The notes beneath the pieces were generated by a model that was not told the DNA's origin, searched no databases, and worked only from the letters and a program-made list of their open reading frames with translations. DNA of 64,000 nucleotides from an uncultured candidate division Zixibacteria bacterium (GTDB taxonomy: Bacteria > Zixibacteria > MSB-5A5 > GN15 > FEB-12). Positions 44,497-53,678 of this stretch are shown piece after piece. Positions within the stretch are counted from its first letter, which is position 1; each line of letters opens with the position of its first letter. The translations under genes and the position numbers were made by a program. Location: the NCBI GenBank assembly GCA_963664195.1, contig OY760907.1:480001-544000 (forward strand), written 5' to 3'.

Positions 44497-45413
44497 CAGT
44501 ATTTCCTTACTTTGCCTACCAGTTCGGAGACGGACTCCAGGTTCTTTTCGGACAGGTACTCGCGCAGATCGTCGGCGATTTTGACCGGCGCATCCGGCTC
44601 GACAAACAGGGCCGTCCCCACCTGCACAGCAGTTGCTCCGACGAGCATGAACTCCACTACGTCGAGAGCGTCCGATATCCCGCCGATGCCTATGATCGGC
44701 AGTTTGCTGCAGTTGTAGACGGCATCCACGAGCGCCAGCGCAACGGGCTTGACAGCCGGTCCCGTGAGACCGCCTTTATTGTTGGTCAACCGGGGTTTCC
44801 AGGTGTGAATGTCAATCGAAGTGCCAACCAGCGAGTTGATCAAAGACAGCACGTCGGCACCACCGTTTTCAGCAGCCCGAGCAATTTCGGTGATGTCCGT
44901 CACGTTGGGAGACAGCTTGGCCACTATCGGTTTTCTGAATACCTTGCGGACTTCGGACACCGTGCGCTCAGTGAGTTTCGGCGAGCGCCCGATCTCCATA
45001 CCACCCTCGTCGACATTGGGGCAGCTGATGTTTAGCTCTACCATGTCCACACGTTCGATATCGTTCAGTCGGGCACAGATGTCGACGTATTCCTTCGTTC
45101 TGGCCCCGGCCACGTTGACAATGACCCTGGTGCGGTATTTCTCCAAGAACGGAAGTTTGTCTGATATAAATCGATCGACGCCGACATTCGCCAGACCGAT
45201 TGCGTTAAGCATACCGCTATCGGTCTCGACAGTCCGCGGCGGCGGATGCCCGAGACGAACTTCCTGAGTAATTGACTTGGTTACGATAGCGCCGAGCTTG
45301 TCGAGCGGGAAAGCCTCGGCCATTTCCTCGCCGTAGCCGCAGCAACCGGAGGCTGTCATGATCGGGGTGTCGAATTCCACTCCCGCGATGGTAACTTTGA
45401 TATCTGGTGTCAC
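44496..45413 (-). CDS. pyrD: Dihydroorotate dehydrogenase B catalytic subunit
   Basis: TASGC, MLNAIGLAN, ELNISCPNV, KLSPNVTDI, GATAVQVGTA; GTG overlaps the pyrK stop. Confidence 0.95.
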   Translation of the reverse strand: MTPDIKVTIAGVEFDTPIMTASGCCGYGEEMAEAFPLDKLGAIVTKSITQEVRLGHPPPRTVETDSGMLNAIGLANVGVDRFISDKLPFLEKYRTRVIVNVAGARTKEYVDICARLNDIERVDMVELNISCPNVDEGGMEIGRSPKLTERTVSEVRKVFRKPIVAKLSPNVTDITEIARAAENGGADVLSLINSLVGTSIDIHTWKPRLTNNKGGLTGPAVKPVALALVDAVYNCSKLPIIGIGGISDALDVVEFMLVGATAVQVGTALFVEPDAPVKIADDLREYLSEKNLESVSELVGKVRKY

Positions 45414-46204
45414 AGCAGCACCTCCCCGATGTTGAACACGGGACCTTCCTGACACACCCGGGCGTGACCGCCTTTGCGAAGCGGCACCACACAGCCGAGA
45501 CAGACGCCGTAGCCGCAGGGCATCGGGGCCTCCAACGAGACCTCGCCGGGGACTCCGTACTTGATCCCCAGATCATCAGTGGCCTTGAGCATCGGTCCGG
45601 GGCCGCAACTGAAGATGCGCATCTTTTTATCCTGATGAGCCGTGATGTATTTTTCAGCCGCCTGCGTCACCAGGCCAGATTCGCCAAAAGAACCGTCGTC
45701 GGTCACCGGGTGGAAATTCACGCCGAGGTCAGCGATTCGATCACGCTCCAGAATTTCTTCGGCGGTGCGCCCACCGTAGAAAAACTCTATCGTGCTGGCC
45801 TCGCGCCCCTGCTTAATCATCTCACCGGCAAAGTACAAGAGAGGGGGAAAACCTACTCCGCCCGCAATGATGAGCATCGTTTCCCTGTCGTCCGGCCTGC
45901 TCCACTGATTTCCGAGCGGACCGAGAACATCGATGGCATCGCCGATCCTGGACCTTGAGAGGCACCGTGTACCACGACCGAAGATTTTGAAGATGATCTC
46001 AATGGTTTGCTGTTCGGTATCGACCGAAGCAATCGACATGGCGCGTCGAAAATAGACTTCACTCCCCGGCAGTCGGAGATGAACAAACTGGCCCGGCCGG
46101 CATTCGGCCACACGCGACACCGGTCCGAAGATCATCGAATAGTAGCTGGGAGTGAGCTGGCGAGTCTGTTGTACGGTAACGTTCTCAGGGGTGTATTTCA
46201 TCAT
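45410..46204 (-). CDS. pyrK: Dihydroorotate dehydrogenase electron transfer subunit
   Basis: PGQFV, GPLGN, AGGVGFPP, CGPGPM, MPCGYGVCLGC...VCQEGPVF [2Fe-2S] motif. Confidence 0.95.
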   Translation of the reverse strand: MMKYTPENVTVQQTRQLTPSYYSMIFGPVSRVAECRPGQFVHLRLPGSEVYFRRAMSIASVDTEQQTIEIIFKIFGRGTRCLSRSRIGDAIDVLGPLGNQWSRPDDRETMLIIAGGVGFPPLLYFAGEMIKQGREASTIEFFYGGRTAEEILERDRIADLGVNFHPVTDDGSFGESGLVTQAAEKYITAHQDKKMRIFSCGPGPMLKATDDLGIKYGVPGEVSLEAPMPCGYGVCLGCVVPLRKGGHARVCQEGPVFNIGEVLL

Positions 46205-48360
46205 CTCAAGTATTCGGGTTTGCTAATGTCGTAGACGAACACGAACCATTTTCCTTCCTGGCCGAGATCTGCTTCCTTGCCGGCAGACACTAACCTGTTG
46301 GACGCATCAAGGGCATCGAATCTCATCGACCGAACGGTCAGTTCGGCGTTTTCATCCATTTGGGGAACTCCCGACGGGATTTTCAACACGAGGTCCTTGA
46401 CCTCGCCGGAAAAATCAATTCGGATCTGAAAATACAGCTTCCAGTCGTATCGATCACCGGTGTTTGCCTCGGCCGGGAACTCAAACTCCTCAAGAGTCTC
46501 CAGCGGGTCAAGTTTCAGTTCTACCAGAGTGTCGCCGTTGGGACGATAGTACACTGCCACTAGCGGGTCATCCCAATTAATGTTGTCGTCGACATCCGGC
46601 GGCCGATCGACTTCCTCATCCAGCCCGTCATCCCGGGGTGGACGTTCTTCGTCCCGCTCACGGTCATCACGACGTGTCGATCTCGGCGGCTGGATTCTCC
46701 TCCGGGCCTCCTGCCCCCATTCTGTCCCGCCGAAACTGTCGGCGAATTCCTGATAAGCGACAATGACCGACGAGTCGCCGGGTGACTGATACATCTCGGT
46801 CAGCCAGATAGTCGAGAACTGAGCCGTCAGGTGATACTTGGAGTCCGGATACCGGTCGACCACAACCTGATAGTTGGCAATGGCCGAGTCTATTTCCCCG
46901 GCTTCCACGAAGTCCTCGGCGCGATGTACGTACAACTCGGCGTAACCGGTATCGGCGGCAGTGCCTTTCAGGCCGAGGGCATCAAGGGCTTCGGGAACAT
47001 AGTCCGATTGCGCATGATCAGTGAGCACCAGTTTCAGAATAGAGTCAGCAGCGTGGTCATCCTCGTATTGAACACGATACATTTGCGAGAGGGCAATCAG
47101 CGCTTTCGGCACATGATACGCCAGCGGCATGGAATCGACAATGTATTGCATTTCGACAATCGCGGAATCCGGCTTGTTCAACTTGAACCAGTACAACTCG
47201 GATAGCTGGTACTGAGTATATGCGGCTTCATCGATAGCGGTCTCGGTTGCGGCGGAATCCAATTCGGTGCGTGCATAGGTATCCAGTTTTCCGATGTCTG
47301 ATGATCTGACGAGAGCGTCGCGACCTGCTTCTCGGGAACGATCCGCCGCCGTTGCCTGATCGTAGTAGTCCTTCGCTTGCCGCAGGTCATCGTAGTCAAA
47401 CTGGTAAATCAGCCCCAGCCGATAGTATGCCCTCGATTGCCACTGCCGGTTGTCGGAGTTGCGGGCGACGTCGAGGTAAGCCGCTTCGGCACCGATCAGA
47501 TCGTCGTCATACTCAAGTCCCTCGGCCACGGTGAGCCTGAGCGCACCCAGCGAATCGAAGTACAGAGCATCATCAATAAGTTGATCGAGATAGTCCAACC
47601 CGTCCTCAATACGCAGCAGCCTATAGGAGCTGACGGCGGACCTGAAGAGCGAATGATATTTCTGATTTTTGTCAGGCTTCATTCCCAGAATCTGGAGGTA
47701 CGCCCCGAGTGCATCGCTGAACAGAAAGCCTTCAAAATAGCTGTCGGCCACATATATCTGGGCTTTCAGCTTCTGCTCGTCATCCCCGAGAGAGTCCCTT
47801 ACTGCCAGGAAATACCGACGGGCGCGGTCCCACTCCCCTTCCTCGAAATTATATTCACCAAGCGCAATGGCGGCCTCTGCTTTGAAGTTCTTCTCATAAT
47901 CAGATTCAAAGATGTCCTCGAAAATCACCTGGGCTTCCTCAATATCCCCCAGTGCCAGTTTGGCCTGTGCCAGATACAGATTGGATTCCCGCGCCCACTC
48001 CGAATCGCCGTAGTTGGCCAGAATCTCGCGGAAGCGACGTTCCGCCCGACTGTACAACTCGGTATGAAAGTACGACACCGCCAGGATATAGACGGCATCA
48101 TCGTAGTACTTTGAATTCGGGTGATTCTCCACGACTTTCAGGGCTTTTTCGATAGCCTTCTGGTACTCAGCCTTGTTGCTCCGGCCGGTATTCTCACGCT
48201 GCTTCTCAGCAGAGTTGAATGCCTTTTTTGCATTATAGAACGTGTTGAAATAGACGCTGCATCCGGACGAGCCTACCAGCACGCCAATGAAAAGGAGCAA
48301 CAACAAGGTTCGGAGGCGAGAGACCGTGGTTTGTCTGCGATGGTGCATACTGTTTGCCAT
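46201..48360 (-). CDS. TPR-repeat lipoprotein with acidic linker and TonB-C-like C-terminus
   Basis: Lipobox SSGC then VYFNTFYNAKKAF; many TPRs; C-terminal IRIDFSGEVKD....SG..QMDENA. Start uncertain (48348-48378). Confidence 0.8.
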   Translation of the reverse strand: MANSMHHRRQTTVSRLRTLLLLLFIGVLVGSSGCSVYFNTFYNAKKAFNSAEKQRENTGRSNKAEYQKAIEKALKVVENHPNSKYYDDAVYILAVSYFHTELYSRAERRFREILANYGDSEWARESNLYLAQAKLALGDIEEAQVIFEDIFESDYEKNFKAEAAIALGEYNFEEGEWDRARRYFLAVRDSLGDDEQKLKAQIYVADSYFEGFLFSDALGAYLQILGMKPDKNQKYHSLFRSAVSSYRLLRIEDGLDYLDQLIDDALYFDSLGALRLTVAEGLEYDDDLIGAEAAYLDVARNSDNRQWQSRAYYRLGLIYQFDYDDLRQAKDYYDQATAADRSREAGRDALVRSSDIGKLDTYARTELDSAATETAIDEAAYTQYQLSELYWFKLNKPDSAIVEMQYIVDSMPLAYHVPKALIALSQMYRVQYEDDHAADSILKLVLTDHAQSDYVPEALDALGLKGTAADTGYAELYVHRAEDFVEAGEIDSAIANYQVVVDRYPDSKYHLTAQFSTIWLTEMYQSPGDSSVIVAYQEFADSFGGTEWGQEARRRIQPPRSTRRDDRERDEERPPRDDGLDEEVDRPPDVDDNINWDDPLVAVYYRPNGDTLVELKLDPLETLEEFEFPAEANTGDRYDWKLYFQIRIDFSGEVKDLVLKIPSGVPQMDENAELTVRSMRFDALDASNRLVSAGKEADLGQEGKWFVFVYDISKPEYLR

Positions 48361-48427
48361 GTAGTCTTTTACTCTCAAGCAGCCTTTCAGTTCGCGGAGA
48401 CCGGGATCAGAACGGGCGTCCCGAAGG

Positions 48428-49165
48428 CTACTTCGTCCTTTCCTTGATGAGGCTCACCAGTTCGGGCAGCAGCTCACCCGATTTCGCAGCAAAATAGTAG
48501 TCGGCAATGTCGCTCAGCGGCGTACGGTCCGGGTTTATTTCCACCAGCGTGGCGCCGTGTTGCTTGGCTACCAGCGGAAGACTTGCGGCAGGATGAACCA
48601 GTCCGGAAGTGCCGATACTGAGAAACACCTGCGCCCGCTCCGCAGCGCGGAACGCGTCGTGGATAATCTCGGCTGAGAGCATCTCGCCAAACCAGACCAC
48701 ATCGGGGCGGACCTTGCCGCCACACTTCTCGCATAACGGAATGGCCGCCGGGTCGACATCGGCCCCGAGTTCAACCGGCGCGTTGCAGTCGCAGCATTTG
48801 TTGTGGTAGATATTGCCGTGAAGTTCGAGGACATCCGTGGAGCCTGCCAGACGGTGCAGGTTGTCGACATTTTGTGTAATAAGCGTGAACGTGTCGAAAC
48901 AGGACTCCATCTCACACAGCGCAAAATGACCGGGATTCGGCTTCACCTCGCCGATTAACTCCCGTCGCCAGTTATACCATTCCCATACGATATCCGGGCT
49001 GGCGACAAACGCTTCCATGGTGGCAAGCTGTTCCGGGCGGAACTTGCCCCACAATCCTTCCTTGCCCCGAAATGTTGGAACACCGGACTCGGCAGAGATA
49101 CCCGCCCCGGTCAACACCGCTCCCTCGGTGCAGTTGGCCATAATGTCTGCTAGTTTTTCAAGCAT
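48428..49165 (-). CDS. cobB: NAD-dependent protein deacylase (sirtuin)
   Basis: TGAGISAESGVPTFRG, TQNVDNLH, ELHG, RPDVVWFGE, GTSGLVHPAA. Confidence 0.95.
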   Translation of the reverse strand: MLEKLADIMANCTEGAVLTGAGISAESGVPTFRGKEGLWGKFRPEQLATMEAFVASPDIVWEWYNWRRELIGEVKPNPGHFALCEMESCFDTFTLITQNVDNLHRLAGSTDVLELHGNIYHNKCCDCNAPVELGADVDPAAIPLCEKCGGKVRPDVVWFGEMLSAEIIHDAFRAAERAQVFLSIGTSGLVHPAASLPLVAKQHGATLVEINPDRTPLSDIADYYFAAKSGELLPELVSLIKERTK

Positions 49166-49236
49166 TCACCGGACAAGATATGAAACGGGAGTTCAAAAGC
49201 CAACGAGTATTTGGGGACGTGGTGCAACCGGAGCGG

Positions 49237-51414
49237 TTACGGCTGCTTGACGCCGACTTCGGCATTGGAACTCGCCAGGGCCGCTTTCATCTCGCCGGCT
49301 GCAAGCGTAAACCGTAGCTGGACAGGCTGTTCAGTGAGATGCAGACGATACCGATGCAGAATCGTTGTCCCTTGATAGACGCGCTCAAACCCGCCCTCAG
49401 AGAGAGATACGGTGAAAATCGGCGTGTACCAGATGTCGGCGGGTTTCTGGCCGCTCAGAACAACTGCCAGAGCACGGTATTCATCGACCAGGGCGACGCT
49501 CTTCGCATTCGAGCAGGATCCGCTTGAGTCCAGATAGGCCTCGTCGGGACGGCGGCGATCGACAAGGATAAATCGGTCATGGGCGTGTCCGGCCTGGAAA
49601 TTGAAGTTGTTCTCCACCGCGAAATTGACATCCAAACCACCCGGTCGCGAACACGAAAGCCAATAGACCACTTCAATGCGCTCACTGCTCGGGTCAAACT
49701 CGAATCGTTTGACCACAGAGACCGGAAACGTGCCATCGGGACGGCGCACCGTACCCGTTCGGCTGAAAGCGACCGCGCCGGAGTCCGCCGACAGTTCGGT
49801 TTCATACTCGCCGTTTACAAAGTCGCCGATTTCTTCATACTCATTTGAGGCGAAAGACTCGAAGTCGACTCCATCACCGAAAAAGTGATCAATGAAGCAG
49901 CGTCTCAGATACTTGTCGTCTACCAGATAACTCGACAGCCCTTCTTCCTTGGTCAGGACGAGATCGTGAATGGACTTCTGGCCGTCACTGTCATCGCTAT
50001 CGCCGGTTTGCGCCTGATCGAGCTTGAGGTGATACCCCTCACGTCGCCGGGTCAACGTGTCGGTGACACTGAAGCCGTGGCGATTGAGGGACAGATCAAG
50101 CAGCATTGCGCCCCGGTCAGGCTTGAATACGGCGGTATAATTGTCTGACTCGCAAACGATCTCATTGATGCCATCGCAGTCGTAGTCACAACGCTCTACC
50201 GTCAGCGCCTGCTCGCCTGATGTTCGACACAGCCGGTGGGCATTGATGATGCTGCCGTAGACGGCCTGGCGAATATGCGGCAAGTACAGTCCGCCGAAGA
50301 CACCGTGCCAATACGGACAGTTACATTGCGATGCGTATAACCGGTGACGTGCTTCGGAAATCCTCTTTTTCTGATCGGGATGCGACGATTGAAACCGAGA
50401 GAACTCCTCCGAGACTCGAAGCATCTTCTTGTGCATCAGATTCGATTCCTCGTATTTGGCGAGGAATCCGCGCCAGTGAGAGCCGCGCACAAACCGACCG
50501 AACCGTTCCTTCTTACCTGTCTCTTCCAGCCAGTGCTCAAACGCTTCGTATTCAACGAAGGCCGAGGGCGGCAGCGCCCAGTGCAGCATTTCCTCATAAG
50601 AGGCAGTCGGCAGATATACTCGTCCGACCGGTTTCTCCTGCGCGCCTTGTCCCAGCGGGACCATTTCCAGCCAGTCGGAGTTCTCGGTTACGGCATCGAA
50701 GAACTGCCGCAACCAGCCATCATCGTAACAGTGCTGATGCGTCTTGGGCCACACACCAAACTTCTCGCCGTCGTCGGCATAGACCGCCATGCCATCGGGG
50801 GTTTCTTCTGCCTGTTCCCGCAGCTCGCCGATCAGTTCTTCGACAGTACCGAACGGAATCAGATACCGGAGTCTCTTCTGGATGGGCAGGAGCTTCACGG
50901 TATGACCCTCTTCCTCGGTCACGAACGGTCCGGTCAAATCTTTGTGTTCAAGACCGGTATATATAAAGTGGGTGTCATCGATAGGCAGATACGACACGCC
51001 GGATTTAGCCAACAGTTTCGGAAGGTGCGGCTCCCATATTCTCTCGGTCAACCAGAGACCTTCGGGATCGGAGCAGAAGTGATCACGCAGGAAGCGGCTC
51101 AGCATTGCTATCTGGCCACGGGCGTCACGCTCCGGGATTGAGGTCAGAATCGGTTCGTAGAACCCGCCCGTCATCGGCTCAATCTGCCCTCGCTCGACCA
51201 GGCCGCCGACGAGATCAACATAACTCGGATCATGCTTTAGCTGCCAGTCCCACAGAATGCCTGACTGGTGCAGGGAGATCGCTATGTTCTCATACGATGC
51301 AAGCAGTTCCAGAAAGGGCCGATATGCCTGGCGTTGAGCCTCGTCTATGACGTGATGGAAATTGCCGACCGGTTGATGGTTATGGAGACCGAACGCCAAT
51401 TTGAACCGGGCCAT
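49237..51414 (-). CDS. GH57 alpha-amylase/4-alpha-glucanotransferase
   Basis: HNHQPVGN, GGFYEPIL, GLWLTERIWEP, DDGEKFGVWP, WHGVFGGLYLPH, SLSEGGFERVYQG. Confidence 0.93.
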   Translation of the reverse strand: MARFKLAFGLHNHQPVGNFHHVIDEAQRQAYRPFLELLASYENIAISLHQSGILWDWQLKHDPSYVDLVGGLVERGQIEPMTGGFYEPILTSIPERDARGQIAMLSRFLRDHFCSDPEGLWLTERIWEPHLPKLLAKSGVSYLPIDDTHFIYTGLEHKDLTGPFVTEEEGHTVKLLPIQKRLRYLIPFGTVEELIGELREQAEETPDGMAVYADDGEKFGVWPKTHQHCYDDGWLRQFFDAVTENSDWLEMVPLGQGAQEKPVGRVYLPTASYEEMLHWALPPSAFVEYEAFEHWLEETGKKERFGRFVRGSHWRGFLAKYEESNLMHKKMLRVSEEFSRFQSSHPDQKKRISEARHRLYASQCNCPYWHGVFGGLYLPHIRQAVYGSIINAHRLCRTSGEQALTVERCDYDCDGINEIVCESDNYTAVFKPDRGAMLLDLSLNRHGFSVTDTLTRRREGYHLKLDQAQTGDSDDSDGQKSIHDLVLTKEEGLSSYLVDDKYLRRCFIDHFFGDGVDFESFASNEYEEIGDFVNGEYETELSADSGAVAFSRTGTVRRPDGTFPVSVVKRFEFDPSSERIEVVYWLSCSRPGGLDVNFAVENNFNFQAGHAHDRFILVDRRRPDEAYLDSSGSCSNAKSVALVDEYRALAVVLSGQKPADIWYTPIFTVSLSEGGFERVYQGTTILHRYRLHLTEQPVQLRFTLAAGEMKAALASSNAEVGVKQP

Positions 51415-51415
51415 A

Positions 51416-52321
51416 TTAGAAAAGCTCCACTTTGAGGTTTATGTACTTACGAGGATTGGCACGAACGTCGGTGATCAAATCGTCGAGGTTGTCGGCAGTG
51501 CGGCGCAGATCATCGTACAAACGTCGATCCTCAATAAGCAATTGCAGCGTTCCATCCTCGTTCTCCAGTGCATCGGCGAAATTGCGTGCTGACACCGCAA
51601 TAGAATCAAGCTGCACCACAAAGAGCTCCATGTTATGACTCATTCTGTCCATTCGGTTGACCGAGGAATCAATTCCGGCTTCATTTCGGGCCACCAGTTC
51701 GTTCAATCTGCGTGAGGTCCCGAGGAAGTTTTCCGCCGTAGAGTCAAACCGATCCTCGTTGCGATCAAGATAATCGGCCAGCGATGCAGATACCGATTCG
51801 AAATTCGAAACGGTCCGGTCAAACTTGGCGAGTGCCGAATCGGAGGCAACCGAACGCTTCAGCGTGAACACGAGGTCACGCAACTCCCGTATCATATCCC
51901 CCATGTGCCCCATGACCTCGGGAATACCCGAATCATAGCCGCCGTCGACAATTAGCGAGGTATCGTACGGCAGACTGTCTATACCGGGCTTGATAGCGAT
52001 AAACCGTTCTCCCATAACGCCAAGGTTTTTTATCGTAAAGGTTGCGTCACGCTTCAATGTAACATCACGATACAACTGAAGTTCCACGACAACGCCCAGC
52101 GGCGTGAGAGTCAAATCATTGACCTTGCCCTTGCGAACACCAGAAACAGTCACTTTGTCGCCCACTGCCAGCGTGCCGACATCGTCGAATCGAACCTCTA
52201 TGAGCTGCGAATTGTATTTGAGACGATACCCCTGCAGCCAGTAGAGTGATACCACTGCCAGAATAGCCGCCAGCAGAACGATAAGCCCGACCCTGAACTC
52301 TATGTTATTCCCTGTCGCCAT
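51416..52321 (-). CDS. mlaD: MCE/MlaD family protein
   Basis: EFRVG + TM, F.DVGTL.VGD.V.VSGV..G.V, GVMGERFIAI.PG, helical C-terminus ending NPRKYINLKVELF. Confidence 0.85.
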   Translation of the reverse strand: MATGNNIEFRVGLIVLLAAILAVVSLYWLQGYRLKYNSQLIEVRFDDVGTLAVGDKVTVSGVRKGKVNDLTLTPLGVVVELQLYRDVTLKRDATFTIKNLGVMGERFIAIKPGIDSLPYDTSLIVDGGYDSGIPEVMGHMGDMIRELRDLVFTLKRSVASDSALAKFDRTVSNFESVSASLADYLDRNEDRFDSTAENFLGTSRRLNELVARNEAGIDSSVNRMDRMSHNMELFVVQLDSIAVSARNFADALENEDGTLQLLIEDRRLYDDLRRTADNLDDLITDVRANPRKYINLKVELF

Positions 52322-52379
52322 AGTATACTGGTTGTTATCGGTAAGCTACTATCAATCCTGTAGTTATCAATACATCAGG

Positions 52380-53315
52380 TCAAAGGCTGTCGGCGATTGC
52401 AACGTAGTTTTCATACCTAAAAAGACCGATTTTCCCCTGCTCCACAGCCTCTTTCACGGCGCAGCCCGGTTCATGCGTGTGGCTACATACACTAAAACGG
52501 CAGGAGCCGAGATAAGGTTCGAATTCGGGGAAATAATACGGCAGATCATTGGGGTCGATCTCCCACAGCCCCATCACCTTAAGACCGGGCGAATCCACGA
52601 CAAAACCGCCGGAGGGGAGTTCGTACAGTTCGATATTGGTCGTCGTGTGCCTGCCTTTATCGGAATACGTCGAAATCTCGCGGGTGGCGATATCTAGACC
52701 CGGGATCAAGCGATTCAACAACGTGGACTTTCCGACCCCGGAGAACCCGGCAAATAGAGTACGGTGACCGTCAAGAAACTCCCTCAGCTTGTCGAGTCCG
52801 GTCTCCTTCGCAGCCGAAACTTCAAAAACCGGATATCCGGTCCCACGATAAGTCTCGACGATCATATCGAAATCGCGTGGCGCTTTCAGGTCGATCTTGT
52901 TCAGAATTACTACCGGCTCCAGCCCCCCGTTCTGAGCGGCCACCAGGCAGCGGTCGATCAGACCGGTCTTAAGCTCCGGTGAGCGAATGGAGGCGACAAC
53001 TGCCAGACGGTCGAGATTGGTAGCAATAACCTGTTTGATTGTCTCCTGACCGATAGTCGGACGGAAAAAAGCGGTTCGACGTTCGAGGACTTTCTCGATA
53101 GCACCTCGTTTCCCCTGACTCCGCGAGAAAAGGACGTCATCCCCCACGGCTTCCCCGGCACGGACTTCGACGGGAGTCACATCTTTGACGGCCGACTTCA
53201 CTTTGCCGCGAACTTCACACTTGAGACGGGATTGGTCCCCGGCACGGACTTCGAAGAGTCTCCCCCTCACGGCTACGACAATACCTTTTTCCTGAGTGTC
53301 GATCATGCGGGACAA
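52380..53315 (-). CDS. rsgA: Ribosome small subunit-dependent GTPase A
   Basis: [44 protein letters not shown]. Confidence 0.95.
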   Translation of the reverse strand: MSRMIDTQEKGIVVAVRGRLFEVRAGDQSRLKCEVRGKVKSAVKDVTPVEVRAGEAVGDDVLFSRSQGKRGAIEKVLERRTAFFRPTIGQETIKQVIATNLDRLAVVASIRSPELKTGLIDRCLVAAQNGGLEPVVILNKIDLKAPRDFDMIVETYRGTGYPVFEVSAAKETGLDKLREFLDGHRTLFAGFSGVGKSTLLNRLIPGLDIATREISTYSDKGRHTTTNIELYELPSGGFVVDSPGLKVMGLWEIDPNDLPYYFPEFEPYLGSCRFSVCSHTHEPGCAVKEAVEQGKIGLFRYENYVAIADSL

Positions 53316-53386
53316 TGTATACCGTCAGCGGCTGGGATTCAAGGTAAGAATGTGGGGAGAAGGCATTGATGGGAAATGATCTCTTC

Positions 53387-53536
53387 GTAGCGCAGATATG
53401 TCTTCAGACCTGCCGGAAAGGGCGAATCCTCAGGATTTGACATCCAGACACACGCCACCCTCCTTACAAGTTTGGAGGGGCCACGCGGATGATCTGCAAC
53501 GAAGGTGATGTCGAAACTACAGGAGTTTCGACCTAC
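53387..53536. repeat. Inverted pair of GTAG-type REP elements between divergent rsgA and secA
   Basis: GTAGCGCAGATATGTCTTCAGACCTGC (53387-53413, +) and GTCGAAACTACAGGAGTTTCGACCTAC (53510-53536, -). Confidence 0.65.
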
Positions 53537-53678
53537 TCGGACTGCGCTCCCCTCCAAACGAGTTTGAGGGGGCCACCCGAGAGTTCTGCAAATTTCCCCC
53601 CTAGGTTGTAATTGTTTTTTATTCCCCGATATGGTATGTATAACGGTTGATACAGAAACGTCTAGCCACAAGAGAATC

